Source of the DNA: a virus
Reading direction: 5' to 3' (one strand)
Virus record (IMG/VR): IMGVR_UViG_3300035183_000373
Span: 5,658-69,657 of that record
Length of the DNA stretch: 64,000 bases
This document shows positions 9,002 to 19,471 of the stretch, one piece after another. Both the position numbers and the translations under genes were made by a program. Position 1 is the stretch's first letter, and every line of letters begins with the position of its first letter. The notes under the pieces were generated by a model, which searched no databases, was not told the DNA's origin, and worked only from the letters and a program-made list of their open reading frames with translations.

Positions 9002-11094
9002 TACGGTTTAGATGAGGTTGTTGATTTTGATTGATTTATTTTTTGTTCTACACGACTAGCTATTTGTTCAGAATCAATAAATACTTTAGCTTCAATATTT
9101 ACATTATTTTGTATTTTTGATTTTTCTTCTTCTCTACCTTCAACTCTTCCACTTTTAAATATATTCCAAAATCCATACCTTTTTTCATAATCTTCTATTT
9201 GCTCTCTAGTCCACATAGACATATCTGGTTTTTTGAATTGTTGCATGATTGCTGGAATAAATCTCTGTACTGCTTCAGCAGCAGCGCTAACAGCAAATCC
9301 CCCTGGAACAAAGGATAGTGCTCCTTCGGCAGCAGATTTAACACCTAATAATGCAGAAGTGCCTGTATCTCCACGTTCTTCAGCTTGTGTTGCATCATAT
9401 GCACTTAAAATTGCTGGTGCGAACTTAACAGCTTGTTTTGCTAAACGTAATGTTGTTTTACCTATTCCTCCACCCACTGGAGGTTGAGGTGGTGTACCCC
9501 ATCCGCCGCTCCAACCGCCACCCCATTCGCCTGTAGTAGTAGTAGTCCAACCACCACCCCATGTAGGACCACCTGTAGGAGTAGTTTTTGTTCCAGATAA
9601 TAAATCTCTTATAAATTTTATCCAATTTTTTCCACCTTTTAATAATGACACTCCGCCTATAGTAAATGCAGCTATTTCTATAGCATCAGCTAATTTTCCT
9701 ACTTGAGGAACAAGTAATTGTATTTGTTTTAATAATGCTTCCATAGAATCTTGCCATGTTCCAGCAGCATTTACAATTTCTTTTAATAAATCATTAAAAG
9801 CATTCATTGGGTCTCTATTTATTTCATTTAGTTTTTTACTGAATTCTTCTATAGATTTTTCATCTTTTAGTTTTGATACATCTTCAGCTTCTGCTAATTT
9901 AATTGCTGTGTCTAATCCACCAGGTGGTAAGAAGAATTCTTTTTCTATTTGTCTTGCATTTTTAGCTAATGTTAAAGTATCTACTTTACCTTCTTTCATA
10001 GGTAAAATAGCTCTAAGATAAGCCTGCATAAAAGTAAGATAATCTTTAGTTCCACCTTCAGTATATTTCATTGCAAATAGGGCTTCTTCTGGTCTTAATC
10101 CTTTATATTTTTGTAATATATCTTTTATTTCTTTTGGATAACCACCTGGTATAGTTTGTAAACCACCAGTAATTTTAAGTCTAGCTTGAACACCAGATGC
10201 ACCAAATTCTTGAAGTACTGAAGCATTTCTAAATAAATCTAACATTGCGTTAGTTGTTAAATGAAGATGATTAGCTGCTTCATTTAATTCCAACATCTTA
10301 ATCGTTGCTTCTGGAAGACGCATCCCTTGTCTAATAAATTCGCTTATTAGTTCTGTTCCAGCTTCAATATTCTCATTTAAAGAACCAATTGCTGTTTTTT
10401 GATTTAACCAAGCCTCTTCAATCATTTTTAACGATGTAAGAACTTCTACTGAATTTGTATTAAATGCACCTAATTTATCTTGAATAAGTTCAATTGCTTT
10501 AGCAAAATCAGCTCCGCTTGCTTCAGATAATCCAGTAATTGCTTCAAACATTGCTTTTTGTTTATCTGGATGCATATTTTCTCTTCTTAATCTTTCTTGT
10601 AAAGTAGAAACAGTACGTATATAAGTTTCTACAAATTGTTTACCATACATCTCTTGCATTCTTGCTTGTTCTTTAGTAAATCCAAGTGCATTAGCCATAC
10701 CAGTGCCGAATGCACCACCAGGTTTTTCTCCACCTATTTTATATAAAGATAGTCTAGTTTTTTCTAATTCATCTTTAATATATTGTATTCTAAATCCTAC
10801 AGCTAAAGCAGCAGAACCAATTCCTGTCCAAGTTCTAGGGTCTTTAAAAATAGACATCTCTCTATTTATTTTTTGGAGTTCTTCACGTGTCTTTTTTAAA
10901 TTATTGATAAAATTTACTATTTGATGCTCTATTGATGATACAGCAAGTGGTGCAGCTATTGGATTACGAGCTATTTCGTAAACTAATCCCTTTATTTGGG
11001 ATAGTAATCCTACAGCAGTGGATAAAGTAGTAATACTAGTTGTTTCTAGTTTTAGTGCATCGTTTAAGTCTATATTTTCTTTTTCATTAGCCAT
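9001..11094 (-). CDS. tape measure protein (short, 697 aa)
   Basis: Helical A/L/K/E-rich sequence between tail chaperones and baseplate genes; C-terminal VNIEAKVFIDSEQIA. Confidence 0.65.
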   Translation of the reverse strand: MANEKENIDLNDALKLETTSITTLSTAVGLLSQIKGLVYEIARNPIAAPLAVSSIEHQIVNFINNLKKTREELQKINREMSIFKDPRTWTGIGSAALAVGFRIQYIKDELEKTRLSLYKIGGEKPGGAFGTGMANALGFTKEQARMQEMYGKQFVETYIRTVSTLQERLRRENMHPDKQKAMFEAITGLSEASGADFAKAIELIQDKLGAFNTNSVEVLTSLKMIEEAWLNQKTAIGSLNENIEAGTELISEFIRQGMRLPEATIKMLELNEAANHLHLTTNAMLDLFRNASVLQEFGASGVQARLKITGGLQTIPGGYPKEIKDILQKYKGLRPEEALFAMKYTEGGTKDYLTFMQAYLRAILPMKEGKVDTLTLAKNARQIEKEFFLPPGGLDTAIKLAEAEDVSKLKDEKSIEEFSKKLNEINRDPMNAFNDLLKEIVNAAGTWQDSMEALLKQIQLLVPQVGKLADAIEIAAFTIGGVSLLKGGKNWIKFIRDLLSGTKTTPTGGPTWGGGWTTTTTGEWGGGWSGGWGTPPQPPVGGGIGKTTLRLAKQAVKFAPAILSAYDATQAEERGDTGTSALLGVKSAAEGALSFVPGGFAVSAAAEAVQRFIPAIMQQFKKPDMSMWTREQIEDYEKRYGFWNIFKSGRVEGREEEKSKIQNNVNIEAKVFIDSEQIASRVEQKINQSKSTTSSKP

Positions 11095-11100
11095 ATTTTT

Positions 11101-11814
11101 TTATTTAATTATGTCTAAATCATTATCATCATAATTAGTTTGTCTTTCTAATTGTTTAATAATTTTTTCATCATTTTCAGAAAGTCCAAATGTACCACTA
11201 TACATCTTTTTTATGTGTTCTTCATATTTTACATTTGTTTTTTTGTTTTTTTCTATCTGTTTAACATGTTGAAATAGTTCATAATTTAACCATGGATGAA
11301 GAGAATTAACAAGTTCTATTATAAAATTTTTTTCATCTTGTCTAAAATAAGCACTTGCATATGCAACCCATAGTTGTTGTTCCATAGAAAGAGGAATATT
11401 CATTACTGAAGTTATTCCTATTGATTTAACTAATTCCCATTGAAATCTAGATATTGTTGATTTAGTATATTCTGGTATAGTTTTATAAAAATAATTTTTC
11501 CATTTTATAAATTCGTTAAATGTTTCAAAATAAATAGTGTTATTTAATGAAATTGAACTTTTTGATAAAAAATCAAGCAATATATCTTCTTTTATTGGTA
11601 TATTTTTTATTTTTTTTATTACCTTTGATAATTGTTTGTATTCATTCTCTTGAATTGCCCCTATTATTCTAGAATTTAATTCGATACTAAAATAAATATT
11701 TTTTATTTCTTCATTACAAGAACGCCAGAAGGGATAAATAATCACTTCTGGCGGTTTATTATAGAATAAACATTGTTCTATATCATAATCGTTATATTTT
11801 TTCATTTTCTTCAT
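11101..11814 (-). CDS. putative tail assembly chaperone 2
   Basis: Position between the first chaperone and the tape measure gene; overlaps the upstream ORF by 23 nt. Confidence 0.5.
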   Translation of the reverse strand: MKKMKKYNDYDIEQCLFYNKPPEVIIYPFWRSCNEEIKNIYFSIELNSRIIGAIQENEYKQLSKVIKKIKNIPIKEDILLDFLSKSSISLNNTIYFETFNEFIKWKNYFYKTIPEYTKSTISRFQWELVKSIGITSVMNIPLSMEQQLWVAYASAYFRQDEKNFIIELVNSLHPWLNYELFQHVKQIEKNKKTNVKYEEHIKKMYSGTFGLSENDEKIIKQLERQTNYDDNDLDIIK

Positions 11815-12559
11815 AATTAGAAGTAGCCTTTTCTATTAAATAATTTCTATAATCTTCTAATGATTCAAAATCAGCTACTGTTTTTATTTTATTAGATTTA
11901 GAATTATTATCTACATTAGTAGAATTATTATCTACATTAGTAGAGTTATTATCTACATTAGTAGAATTATTTTCAATATTTGTGAAATTATTGTTTTGTA
12001 CTTCAAAATCAAACATATCATTTTCTGTTATAGTGCTTTTACAACTATCACAAATATATTCAGCAGTATGGAATTTAATTTTATTTTCTTTTGGAGGAGG
12101 AGAGGAAACTGTATTTCTGCATACTGCACACATGTATATTCCAAATATCTTTCTAGTCTGTTTCTGTTGTAATTCAGAATACACGTTATATAAATAATCT
12201 ACAACATATTGTTCAAAATCACCTACAAATATCCGTTTGTATTCCAAATCTGATAATTCAGTTTTATGTTCTTTATTATATTGCTCTAGTTCTTCTTTTG
12301 GAACAACATAAGCTCCGTCTATAGACCATAAAGCTCTAGCGACAATCTCTCTTTTTAATGCTTGCTCCTTTGATGTATCAGAATACGTATTAATAACTTC
12401 TAATGCTTGTTCTATTTCTTTAGCATTAAGCAATCGTATTCCAACTAGTCTATTTCTCCATTCAGGAATTCCAAACCATGAACGGAATGGTTTTAAAACT
12501 ACTATCCCGTTTGGACTTAACGCAGTTAATTCTGTTAATACTTTTAATATCGATGCCAT
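11792..12559 (-). CDS. putative tail assembly chaperone with Zn-finger-like CxxC pairs
   Basis: Follows the tail tube gene; LKREIVARALWSIDG; CAVC and CDSC. Confidence 0.55.
   Translation of the reverse strand: MASILKVLTELTALSPNGIVVLKPFRSWFGIPEWRNRLVGIRLLNAKEIEQALEVINTYSDTSKEQALKREIVARALWSIDGAYVVPKEELEQYNKEHKTELSDLEYKRIFVGDFEQYVVDYLYNVYSELQQKQTRKIFGIYMCAVCRNTVSSPPPKENKIKFHTAEYICDSCKSTITENDMFDFEVQNNNFTNIENNSTNVDNNSTNVDNNSTNVDNNSKSNKIKTVADFESLEDYRNYLIEKATSNYEENEKI
11900..11971. repeat. 21-nt tandem repeat, about 3.4 copies, encoding NNSTNVD
   Basis: agaattattatctacattagt repeated in the 3' part of the chaperone gene. Confidence 0.85.
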
Positions 12560-12582
12560 AGTATCCTCAAGAAAGGTAATTT

Positions 12583-12605
12583 AGCGGCAAAATAATTTGC
12601 CGCTG
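12583..12605. terminator. stem-loop between tube and chaperone genes
   Basis: agcggcaaa-ataa-tttgccgct inverted repeat. Confidence 0.5.
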
Positions 12606-12641
12606 AAGTGATAAAACAGTGGTTTGGTAGAAAAGAAAATT

Positions 12642-13097
12642 TTATGTATTGCTCATAAATATACGTTCAACCTCTAATGTTACGTTTTCTTTCGTAGTAA
12701 TTTGACCTTCTTGAACAGTTTTAGACCACGATGTTATCCAGCAACGGTCATAAACTATCTGTCTAGATTCTCCATTAGGTCCAGTTATCTGTTCTACTAT
12801 AGTTATAGGGTCACGAATTTGAGCTATAGATTCTCCAAATATATTATACCCTAAAGCCTTAATAACGTTTTTATTATATGTTTCTATACGGTCAATTGTA
12901 ATACGAAATTCTGACCTGCCTGGAACTATTTCAAATGTATCTTCTATAGTATTAAGAATTTCTCTAACTCGTTCAACAGGTCTGTTTGCTGATGGATTGA
13001 AACCTTGTAATGTTCCGATTTCAACTCCATTAGCCTTTATTGTATAAGCGTAAGAAACAACAGATTGAGTATTTGGAATTACAGTATGATTAAGCAT
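12642..13097 (-). CDS. tail tube protein
   Basis: 151 aa directly after the sheath gene; IGTLQGFNP, YDRCWITSWS motifs. Confidence 0.8.
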   Translation of the reverse strand: MLNHTVIPNTQSVVSYAYTIKANGVEIGTLQGFNPSANRPVERVREILNTIEDTFEIVPGRSEFRITIDRIETYNKNVIKALGYNIFGESIAQIRDPITIVEQITGPNGESRQIVYDRCWITSWSKTVQEGQITTKENVTLEVERIFMSNT

Positions 13098-13109
13098 AAT
13101 TTTTAAACC

Positions 13110-14642
13110 TTATACAAATGTGGATACTGTTACACTAATGAATTTCATAGGATACAAGAATTTAACAGAGCATGTTACGTTAATTCTACGAGGTTCGTTT
13201 GAATCTTGAATAGCTGTTATTTTTGTTTCTCCAGTATTTGGGTCATCTTTGGTTCCATACCCGAAAATTTCTCCAGATTGTCTTAATGAATTAAGTATGG
13301 ACCTAGTCGTAGCCTCAACATCTCGTACTGTTTGTGGGTTAATTGTTTTACCCTTATTAGTATAAGTCTCAAATAATTTTTGTGATAGAGTACGTTGAAC
13401 AAGCCTACGCTGAGAAACAACGTTAATTTCCTGTGTATCCGCACTAGTACTGTCAGTAGTAATAGCATCTCTTATAGTTATAAGACCAGCAACGTTTTGT
13501 AGTACAAGTACACCACCAGCACCAAGTGTATTCATCTGGAACATATCCCATTTATCTTCCTCAATATTTATTCCAGTAACAGCAAATCCAGTAATAGGTG
13601 TAGACCTTAATGTTTGAGCAGCATGAACTCCAGCTACAGCGCAAGCAGCATAAGAACCATCAAGTTCAATTCTTTCGTTTTTATTGTTGGTTCTCCAAAC
13701 TACCGATGGAGCAACTAATATAACATCTGAATCGGAGTACGTACTTGCTTTACCTACATAAGAATTTGAAATGGTAGCATCGCCTATTAAGTCAAATCCA
13801 TTTGGATTATACTTTGGAGAAGGAACACCATAATACATACCTCTCCATCTACCAACGGAATTCATGAGTTGTACATGCTGAAATAAATACGTATGAACAT
13901 CATCTCTAAATGTTGACGTTGGCAAACTTCCACTTGGGAATATAGCAATTATTTCTTCTACTGCACTTTTTTTACGGAGTTTATCAATAGCATCACGATA
14001 AGATGAAACGGAGTAGTTTGATAATGAACCACTTACTTGGCAAACAATTACTGCTGGAGAACCATTTTCAAGTATAATTGATGCAGCAGTGGTCAAGCTA
14101 CCAGTGGTATTGTTTTCTTCTCCATATGTATTTATTAACGATTGTTTATCTGAAAACACTTTTGGTTCAAATTGTGTACTATCGACATCATAAATATAAG
14201 ATACATAATAAACTGAACCAGTTGCTGGAACATATCCGTTAGTAACAGCAGATGATTCTTGATTCCAAGAAATTATACCGTTATTATAAAATCCATTACT
14301 ACCAAAATATCCAGGTATAGGTACACCATTAACAATGGAACCAGATACAAGATATAAACTTCCATTTAATCCAGGAACAGCATCTGGGTCATTACTAGAA
14401 GAACCAGAAACATAATTTAAACCAGCTCTTTTAGATATTTTTGTAATAATTACATTTGAAGTAGGGTAAACAGATAAAGTATCTATATTTGTTAATCCTC
14501 TTTGAACTGCTTCGTCTGTTACATATTTTACTGTTGGACCTACACCAACTATCGCTGGCAACCTTGCTTCTCCAGCTATATTGATAATTCTGGGATTAGG
14601 TACAACATTAACGTCAACTTTAGGCGGAGAATACAAACTCAT
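13110..14642 (-). CDS. tail sheath protein
   Basis: N-terminal YSPPKVDV...PAIVGVG; C-terminal EINVV...EPRRINVTCSVKFLYPMKFI typical of sheath proteins. Confidence 0.88.
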   Translation of the reverse strand: MSLYSPPKVDVNVVPNPRIINIAGEARLPAIVGVGPTVKYVTDEAVQRGLTNIDTLSVYPTSNVIITKISKRAGLNYVSGSSSNDPDAVPGLNGSLYLVSGSIVNGVPIPGYFGSNGFYNNGIISWNQESSAVTNGYVPATGSVYYVSYIYDVDSTQFEPKVFSDKQSLINTYGEENNTTGSLTTAASIILENGSPAVIVCQVSGSLSNYSVSSYRDAIDKLRKKSAVEEIIAIFPSGSLPTSTFRDDVHTYLFQHVQLMNSVGRWRGMYYGVPSPKYNPNGFDLIGDATISNSYVGKASTYSDSDVILVAPSVVWRTNNKNERIELDGSYAACAVAGVHAAQTLRSTPITGFAVTGINIEEDKWDMFQMNTLGAGGVLVLQNVAGLITIRDAITTDSTSADTQEINVVSQRRLVQRTLSQKLFETYTNKGKTINPQTVRDVEATTRSILNSLRQSGEIFGYGTKDDPNTGETKITAIQDSNEPRRINVTCSVKFLYPMKFISVTVSTFV

Positions 14643-14789
14643 ATTGTTATTTTCCTTTTTAATTGTTTCAACTTATGTGACATTATTAAGTCAATAGTCG
14701 AATAAATATTCAATTAAATTAAAATAGTATATATATACGTTAACTACCATACTATATTTAACATAATTATATTAAAATTTATAGTATTA

Positions 14790-15869
14790 TTAACATACAT
14801 TTACAAAAATTTCTTTTATATATTTCTCATCAAAATCCATATACCATTCTGAACGAACCTCAATAGTTAACGAAATTGTGAATATAACATCGTTATCTCC
14901 ACGTTTTCTATTTTCTATCCCACCTTTATTTATATTTTTTATAAATAATCCACGTTTTGTCAGAAAAGATACATTATCATTTGATAACATAGATAAATCT
15001 ATTTTTGTATCACTGTTAAGTAATCTATTTAAATTACCATATTGACTAATCTTTGTATATATTTCTATTAAATCCGCTAAATTTTGTACTTTTTCTATAG
15101 AATTTTTTGCAGAACATTTAACTACAAGAGAAAATTCATGTGCTCCTCCCATTCTCATAAACGGAGAATACCTTAACCCACCATATATACTTCCACTATA
15201 TATAGTACCGTATGGTATACTCCCAGAATAATTAACTTTTGAATATAATCCATTATAATTAGGGTCAATTGCTATTTTATAAACAGAACCACTTAATGGA
15301 GTTAATTCAATCCAATAATCTATATTTTTATGTATATTTGTATGTGGATAAAAAGCGCCAAAATACGTTTTAAGTACATTAATATCATCAAAATTTTTTA
15401 TACTTCCAGACGAAAGTAAAGTAGAACCAGTAGGAGAAAAATAATTAGAGTACAATTTAATAGAAATATCATCTGTATTTGCTCCAATTTTCCAAATCAA
15501 ATCAGATTCAAATCCTCCTAAAGAACCAGAAAAATTATTTGGTATTTTAAATGCGAATGGTGAATTTGTTGAAAACTCTACTAGTGATAATGAACGATTA
15601 CCTAATGGAAATAAAAAATCATATATATTTTCTACTTGATTATTAAAACTCATTGAAACATGAGTTCCACCAGTAGTACCTACTGTTATAATAGGATATT
15701 TTTCTGGTTCTTCAAAAAATTGTTCAAATACCAATTCTTGTTCTGGTTTATCTACACTAATTATTTCAAGTTCTTTATTAGACCAGGGTCCACTATAAAG
15801 AAAAACTCGGCGTAAGTATTCTACGAATACTTCACGGCCAGTTTTTTCCATTCTATAATATAGATTCAT
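14790..15869 (-). CDS. neck / tail terminator-like protein
   Basis: Immediately upstream of sheath; KYPIITV motif. Confidence 0.5.
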   Translation of the reverse strand: MNLYYRMEKTGREVFVEYLRRVFLYSGPWSNKELEIISVDKPEQELVFEQFFEEPEKYPIITVGTTGGTHVSMSFNNQVENIYDFLFPLGNRSLSLVEFSTNSPFAFKIPNNFSGSLGGFESDLIWKIGANTDDISIKLYSNYFSPTGSTLLSSGSIKNFDDINVLKTYFGAFYPHTNIHKNIDYWIELTPLSGSVYKIAIDPNYNGLYSKVNYSGSIPYGTIYSGSIYGGLRYSPFMRMGGAHEFSLVVKCSAKNSIEKVQNLADLIEIYTKISQYGNLNRLLNSDTKIDLSMLSNDNVSFLTKRGLFIKNINKGGIENRKRGDNDVIFTISLTIEVRSEWYMDFDEKYIKEIFVNVC

Positions 15870-15870
15870 A

Positions 15871-16734
15871 TTATTTTATGTATGGTATGTTATATCTATC
15901 GTCTGAGAATTCTAATAAATTTAATTTAAATCGTTGTGAAACTAATTGTCTTTGTATAATTGAATCAGTTGAATTTACTATTTCATATCTATATTCTAAT
16001 CCATCTGGACTATCTTCTGCTGCTAATATTAATATATCAAAATCATTTACATATGGTGTCCATGCCATATGTGATTCTCTATTTTCAATTATAACTTTAC
16101 CTTCGTCACTTATAACAATATCTTGAATGTTAATAGGTAATCTAACAAGAACTTGATTTGGTTTTTGAACAAAATCATTGTAATTACTTATATATTGTTT
16201 CCATCCGAATATCGATTGATTATTTGAATCTCCACGTTTTACAGTTAAATCTTCTACACCTTCTTCCCATGTAGTATAATGGTATGTTATAGAATTTATA
16301 TTATTGAATCCTTTATTAAATACAACTTGAACTTTGTTTGGTTGTACATCTTTTTTTTCAATAACGGCTATTTCATTATCATTCGTAATATCATCTACAG
16401 TTAATACACGTGTTAATAAATTATTATTACTATATATAAATATGTTACCTTTTCCATCATTAACATATGGTCTAGTATCTGGATGATTACTACCACCAGA
16501 CCATAAAGTTAAATAATACCTATTGTCTATAAATTCAAATTGATTTGGTAGTGGAGAGATTTGTGCTCCAGAATAGCCTACTGGAACACCGCCAGTAGCT
16601 CTTTGTAAAAGATACATTGGCGTGTGAGATATTCTCTGCAATACAAGATACGTATCCTTAATATATTGAATATGTAAAGGGTCAATACCAAGATACGCAT
16701 CGTAACCAAATGAAAAATTTCTTGGTGTTATCAT
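15871..16734 (-). CDS. head closure / neck protein
   Basis: WTPYVNDFDIL...RYEIVN...LVSQRFKL motif; position in neck region. Confidence 0.5.
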   Translation of the reverse strand: MITPRNFSFGYDAYLGIDPLHIQYIKDTYLVLQRISHTPMYLLQRATGGVPVGYSGAQISPLPNQFEFIDNRYYLTLWSGGSNHPDTRPYVNDGKGNIFIYSNNNLLTRVLTVDDITNDNEIAVIEKKDVQPNKVQVVFNKGFNNINSITYHYTTWEEGVEDLTVKRGDSNNQSIFGWKQYISNYNDFVQKPNQVLVRLPINIQDIVISDEGKVIIENRESHMAWTPYVNDFDILILAAEDSPDGLEYRYEIVNSTDSIIQRQLVSQRFKLNLLEFSDDRYNIPYIK

Positions 16735-16737
16735 TTA

Positions 16738-17199
16738 TTATATATTATTATTTGTGGTATTATTTACATTATTAGAGGTAGTATTAGTATTAGTATTAGT
16801 ATTAGTATCTATAAAATTATTTATATTATTAGGAGTAATATTATTATTTGTATTAATAGAAGACCTTTTCTCAAAAATAGATTGAATAGAACGTATTAAT
16901 AATATACCTAAAAGTAATTGCTGCCAATTATTTGGTATATCTATTAACTGTAACGAAGATGTAGCTACTAATACTCTAACATATGCTATTATAAATAAAG
17001 ATACTACTGCTAAAGATAATAGATTTTTATGACTTGGTTTATTTGGCTGACCGTTATTTTCTTCAAAAAATCCTTTAAACCATTCAAATTGATTATTCAA
17101 CCATTGTTTACTTTTATCGGTTCCTCTTATTATTATATAAAAAATTATTAAAATAATTAATGAAAGAATAGATAAAAGTATTATACCTGTAGTATTCAT
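16738..17199 (-). CDS. membrane protein, holin-like
   Basis: Two to three hydrophobic segments, FFEENNGQPNKPS motif, Asn/Thr-rich tail. Confidence 0.5.
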   Translation of the reverse strand: MNTTGIILLSILSLIILIIFYIIIRGTDKSKQWLNNQFEWFKGFFEENNGQPNKPSHKNLLSLAVVSLFIIAYVRVLVATSSLQLIDIPNNWQQLLLGILLIRSIQSIFEKRSSINTNNNITPNNINNFIDTNTNTNTNTTSNNVNNTTNNNI

Positions 17200-17214
17200 G
17201 TTTTATATTCACCT

Positions 17215-17955
17215 TTAACCATTTCCAAGATATGTTATTGTAGCCCAAGTCCACCTTTGGTCAGGTGTAGCGTTTACTTGCGATGAATTATTTTCTATTC
17301 TTAATGTCATAGTTTCATCAGCACTTAATCTAACACTAAAATTAGTACTTAAATGCATATTTGCATTAGTTAAACCAAAGTTTCTATCTTCCCTACCTCT
17401 ACCATTTTTACTATTCGTAATTCTAAACAGTTGAGCAACACCCGTATTTAATACAAGTACATTATAGTGCACAAGGTATACACCTGTAAGAGGAGCAGTA
17501 AATACACCAGTTGTAGTATTATACTCACTTCCAGCAGTTGGGAATGTAGAGAAATCAATTACGTCATAAATAAATGTTTGTGGGTTATCTATTGTACTTG
17601 AATTCACTGCAAAACCAGAACTTCTTTTAAGCGATAATTGATATTTTGTAATACTTCCAGTTGACCAGTATGCATTCCCATTTGAATCCGAAGTAAATAC
17701 ATATCCACTTACAGCACCAGATTTCATCTGGAATTTATCTGTAATAACACTACCAGTTACAAGAACACTACCAGTAGTAATTAAACTTCCAGAGATAGTT
17801 TGAAATTGAGTAAAAAAGTTGGGAACATATGTTCTTGCAAATACTTGAATAGGTATTCTATAATTATCACCAGCATGAATTATTGGTATATAATCATTTT
17901 GTGCGTCAATAGAACCAGAAGGCAGTATATTTAATTCACTTATTTTTTTACTCAT
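17215..17955 (-). CDS. virion fibre-like protein with C-terminal C1q-like domain
   Basis: MSKKISEL start; GYVFTSDSNGNAYW; YNTTTGVFTAPLTGVYLVHYNV C1q signature. Confidence 0.7.
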   Translation of the reverse strand: MSKKISELNILPSGSIDAQNDYIPIIHAGDNYRIPIQVFARTYVPNFFTQFQTISGSLITTGSVLVTGSVITDKFQMKSGAVSGYVFTSDSNGNAYWSTGSITKYQLSLKRSSGFAVNSSTIDNPQTFIYDVIDFSTFPTAGSEYNTTTGVFTAPLTGVYLVHYNVLVLNTGVAQLFRITNSKNGRGREDRNFGLTNANMHLSTNFSVRLSADETMTLRIENNSSQVNATPDQRWTWATITYLGNG

Positions 17956-17958
17956 AAA

Positions 17959-18105
17959 TTAGTTCTCCATTAATATAAAACTACCATCTTCTAATAGTAA
18001 ATCACTACCGTCTTCTAAAAGAATACGATGTATAATAGTAGGTATTACAAAATTATTGCTGACACTTTTTTGTAGTAATAAATTATTTAATAAAATTAGT
18101 TTCAT
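17959..18105 (-). CDS. 48-aa virion-type peptide with LLEDG repeats (not in ORF track)
   Basis: Hand translation MKLILLNNLLLQKSVSNNFVIPTIIHRILLEDGSDLLLEDGSFILMEN; ATGA overlap with the upstream stop. Confidence 0.7.
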   Translation of the reverse strand: MKLILLNNLLLQKSVSNNFVIPTIIHRILLEDGSDLLLEDGSFILMEN

Positions 18106-18377
18106 GACGATACGAAAGGTTTAATATTATATGCTATAACACTTCCTGTAGATAGTTGAATAGCCGTAAATTCTCCAGCTAAAAGAATACCTGCTGGACA
18201 AGTTACGCTACTTATATTACCAGATATACTACCACTCAATACTTGAAATTTACAGTTTTCTATTACTTGTATCAATCCAAATTTACCTGCTACTTGTCCA
18301 GAAGATGATGATATTACAACTCCACCAAATCTACCAGAACTAAGATTTAATATTTCAGTATTGTTTAAAAAATTCAT
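18102..18377 (-). CDS. small virion protein
   Basis: AGGAG RBS; C-terminal GEFTAIQLSTGSVIAY. Confidence 0.6.
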   Translation of the reverse strand: MNFLNNTEILNLSSGRFGGVVISSSSGQVAGKFGLIQVIENCKFQVLSGSISGNISSVTCPAGILLAGEFTAIQLSTGSVIAYNIKPFVSS

Positions 18378-18389
18378 AATTTTCTCCTT

Positions 18390-18809
18390 TTATGATGGTC
18401 TTACCCAAACTTCACCTTCTAACCAACGTTGAGCTAATTCTATATTGCCACTTGGGTACATAAATAAATTATATATTCCTCTAATTCCGCCTTCAAATAA
18501 TTTTGTTTGATTTGCAGTTAAACTAATAGTTATACTTCCGCTACTATACAATGAACCCGTACTAGGATTAGGACCATTAAATATTAATGTAAAATAAGCC
18601 ATTATATTAGGATTACTATATGTTTCCTTGATATATGCTAATCCTGTATACCCTTCTAAATTTACTGGTACTAATGTTGGATTTATAGAAGAAGAAGGTT
18701 CTAAAAATGATATTGGTAATGAGAATGCAGCACCCTTATCAATAGTAATATCCCAATGTTCCGCATTATTTCTTTGAGTTAAAGTAATAATAGCTTTATT
18801 GGACATCAC
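18390..18809 (-). CDS. virion structural protein (BppU-like Ig fold)
   Basis: DITIDKGAAF...VNLEGYTG...ISLTANQT...RWLEGEVWV pattern. Confidence 0.55.
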   Translation of the reverse strand: MMSNKAIITLTQRNNAEHWDITIDKGAAFSLPISFLEPSSSINPTLVPVNLEGYTGLAYIKETYSNPNIMAYFTLIFNGPNPSTGSLYSSGSITISLTANQTKLFEGGIRGIYNLFMYPSGNIELAQRWLEGEVWVRPS

Positions 18810-19302
18810 TTTTATCCCTTTTTTTTTGTACAGAAAAAATTCTTAATTTATCTAATATACCATTAGGAAATGGTAAATTTAAAATTATACAACAATTTTC
18901 GACAATTGAAATAACTTCTGTTAAAGCTAACCATGTAAGTGCGGCTGTATCTAATCCTAGAAAATTAAACAATGGATTAACATAAGATAATAAATGAAAT
19001 ACAGATACTATTATTAAATATAATAATAATTTAATAAGACCATTTCTAAATGAACTTGAAGTAAAAGTTTTATTTTTAAGTGCTACACATACACCTATTA
19101 TTTGGTCAATAATCACTAAACCAACAAGTACTCCTACGCCTAATACATTAGAGTGTATAAAAAATGATATAAATGATGTTATACAAGTTATTATGGTTTT
19201 AAACCATTTAAATTCTAATATTGAATTAATAGAATTATATATTGGTGATAAAAATGTTTTTAAGTAATTCATAGTAGTTATTTCATATTCATATACACAC
19301 AT
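18796..19302 (-). CDS. phage holin family protein
   Basis: Hydrophobic helices with IIDQIIGV, TSSSFRNGLIK, EVISIVEN...LPFP motifs; real start may be the internal Met at 19272. Confidence 0.75.
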   Translation of the reverse strand: MCVYEYEITTMNYLKTFLSPIYNSINSILEFKWFKTIITCITSFISFFIHSNVLGVGVLVGLVIIDQIIGVCVALKNKTFTSSSFRNGLIKLLLYLIIVSVFHLLSYVNPLFNFLGLDTAALTWLALTEVISIVENCCIILNLPFPNGILDKLRIFSVQKKRDKSDVQ

Positions 19303-19471
19303 AATTATTCTTATCCATTAAAGTTCTACACACACTTACCCCTCATTAACTAATTATATTTTTCATAAAACAAATTTTATTGTAATGTTAATAATGTAGT
19401 ATAACAACAAGTACTATCTTTACTGATGCTATCACTGTTAATCAATATAATATTTTATTTTAATAAATTCA

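Noticed and set aside
106-14642. Bacterial contractile injection system or tailocin rather than a phage
   Set aside because: Capsid, scaffold, neck, holin and nucleotide-metabolism genes are contiguous with the tail module.
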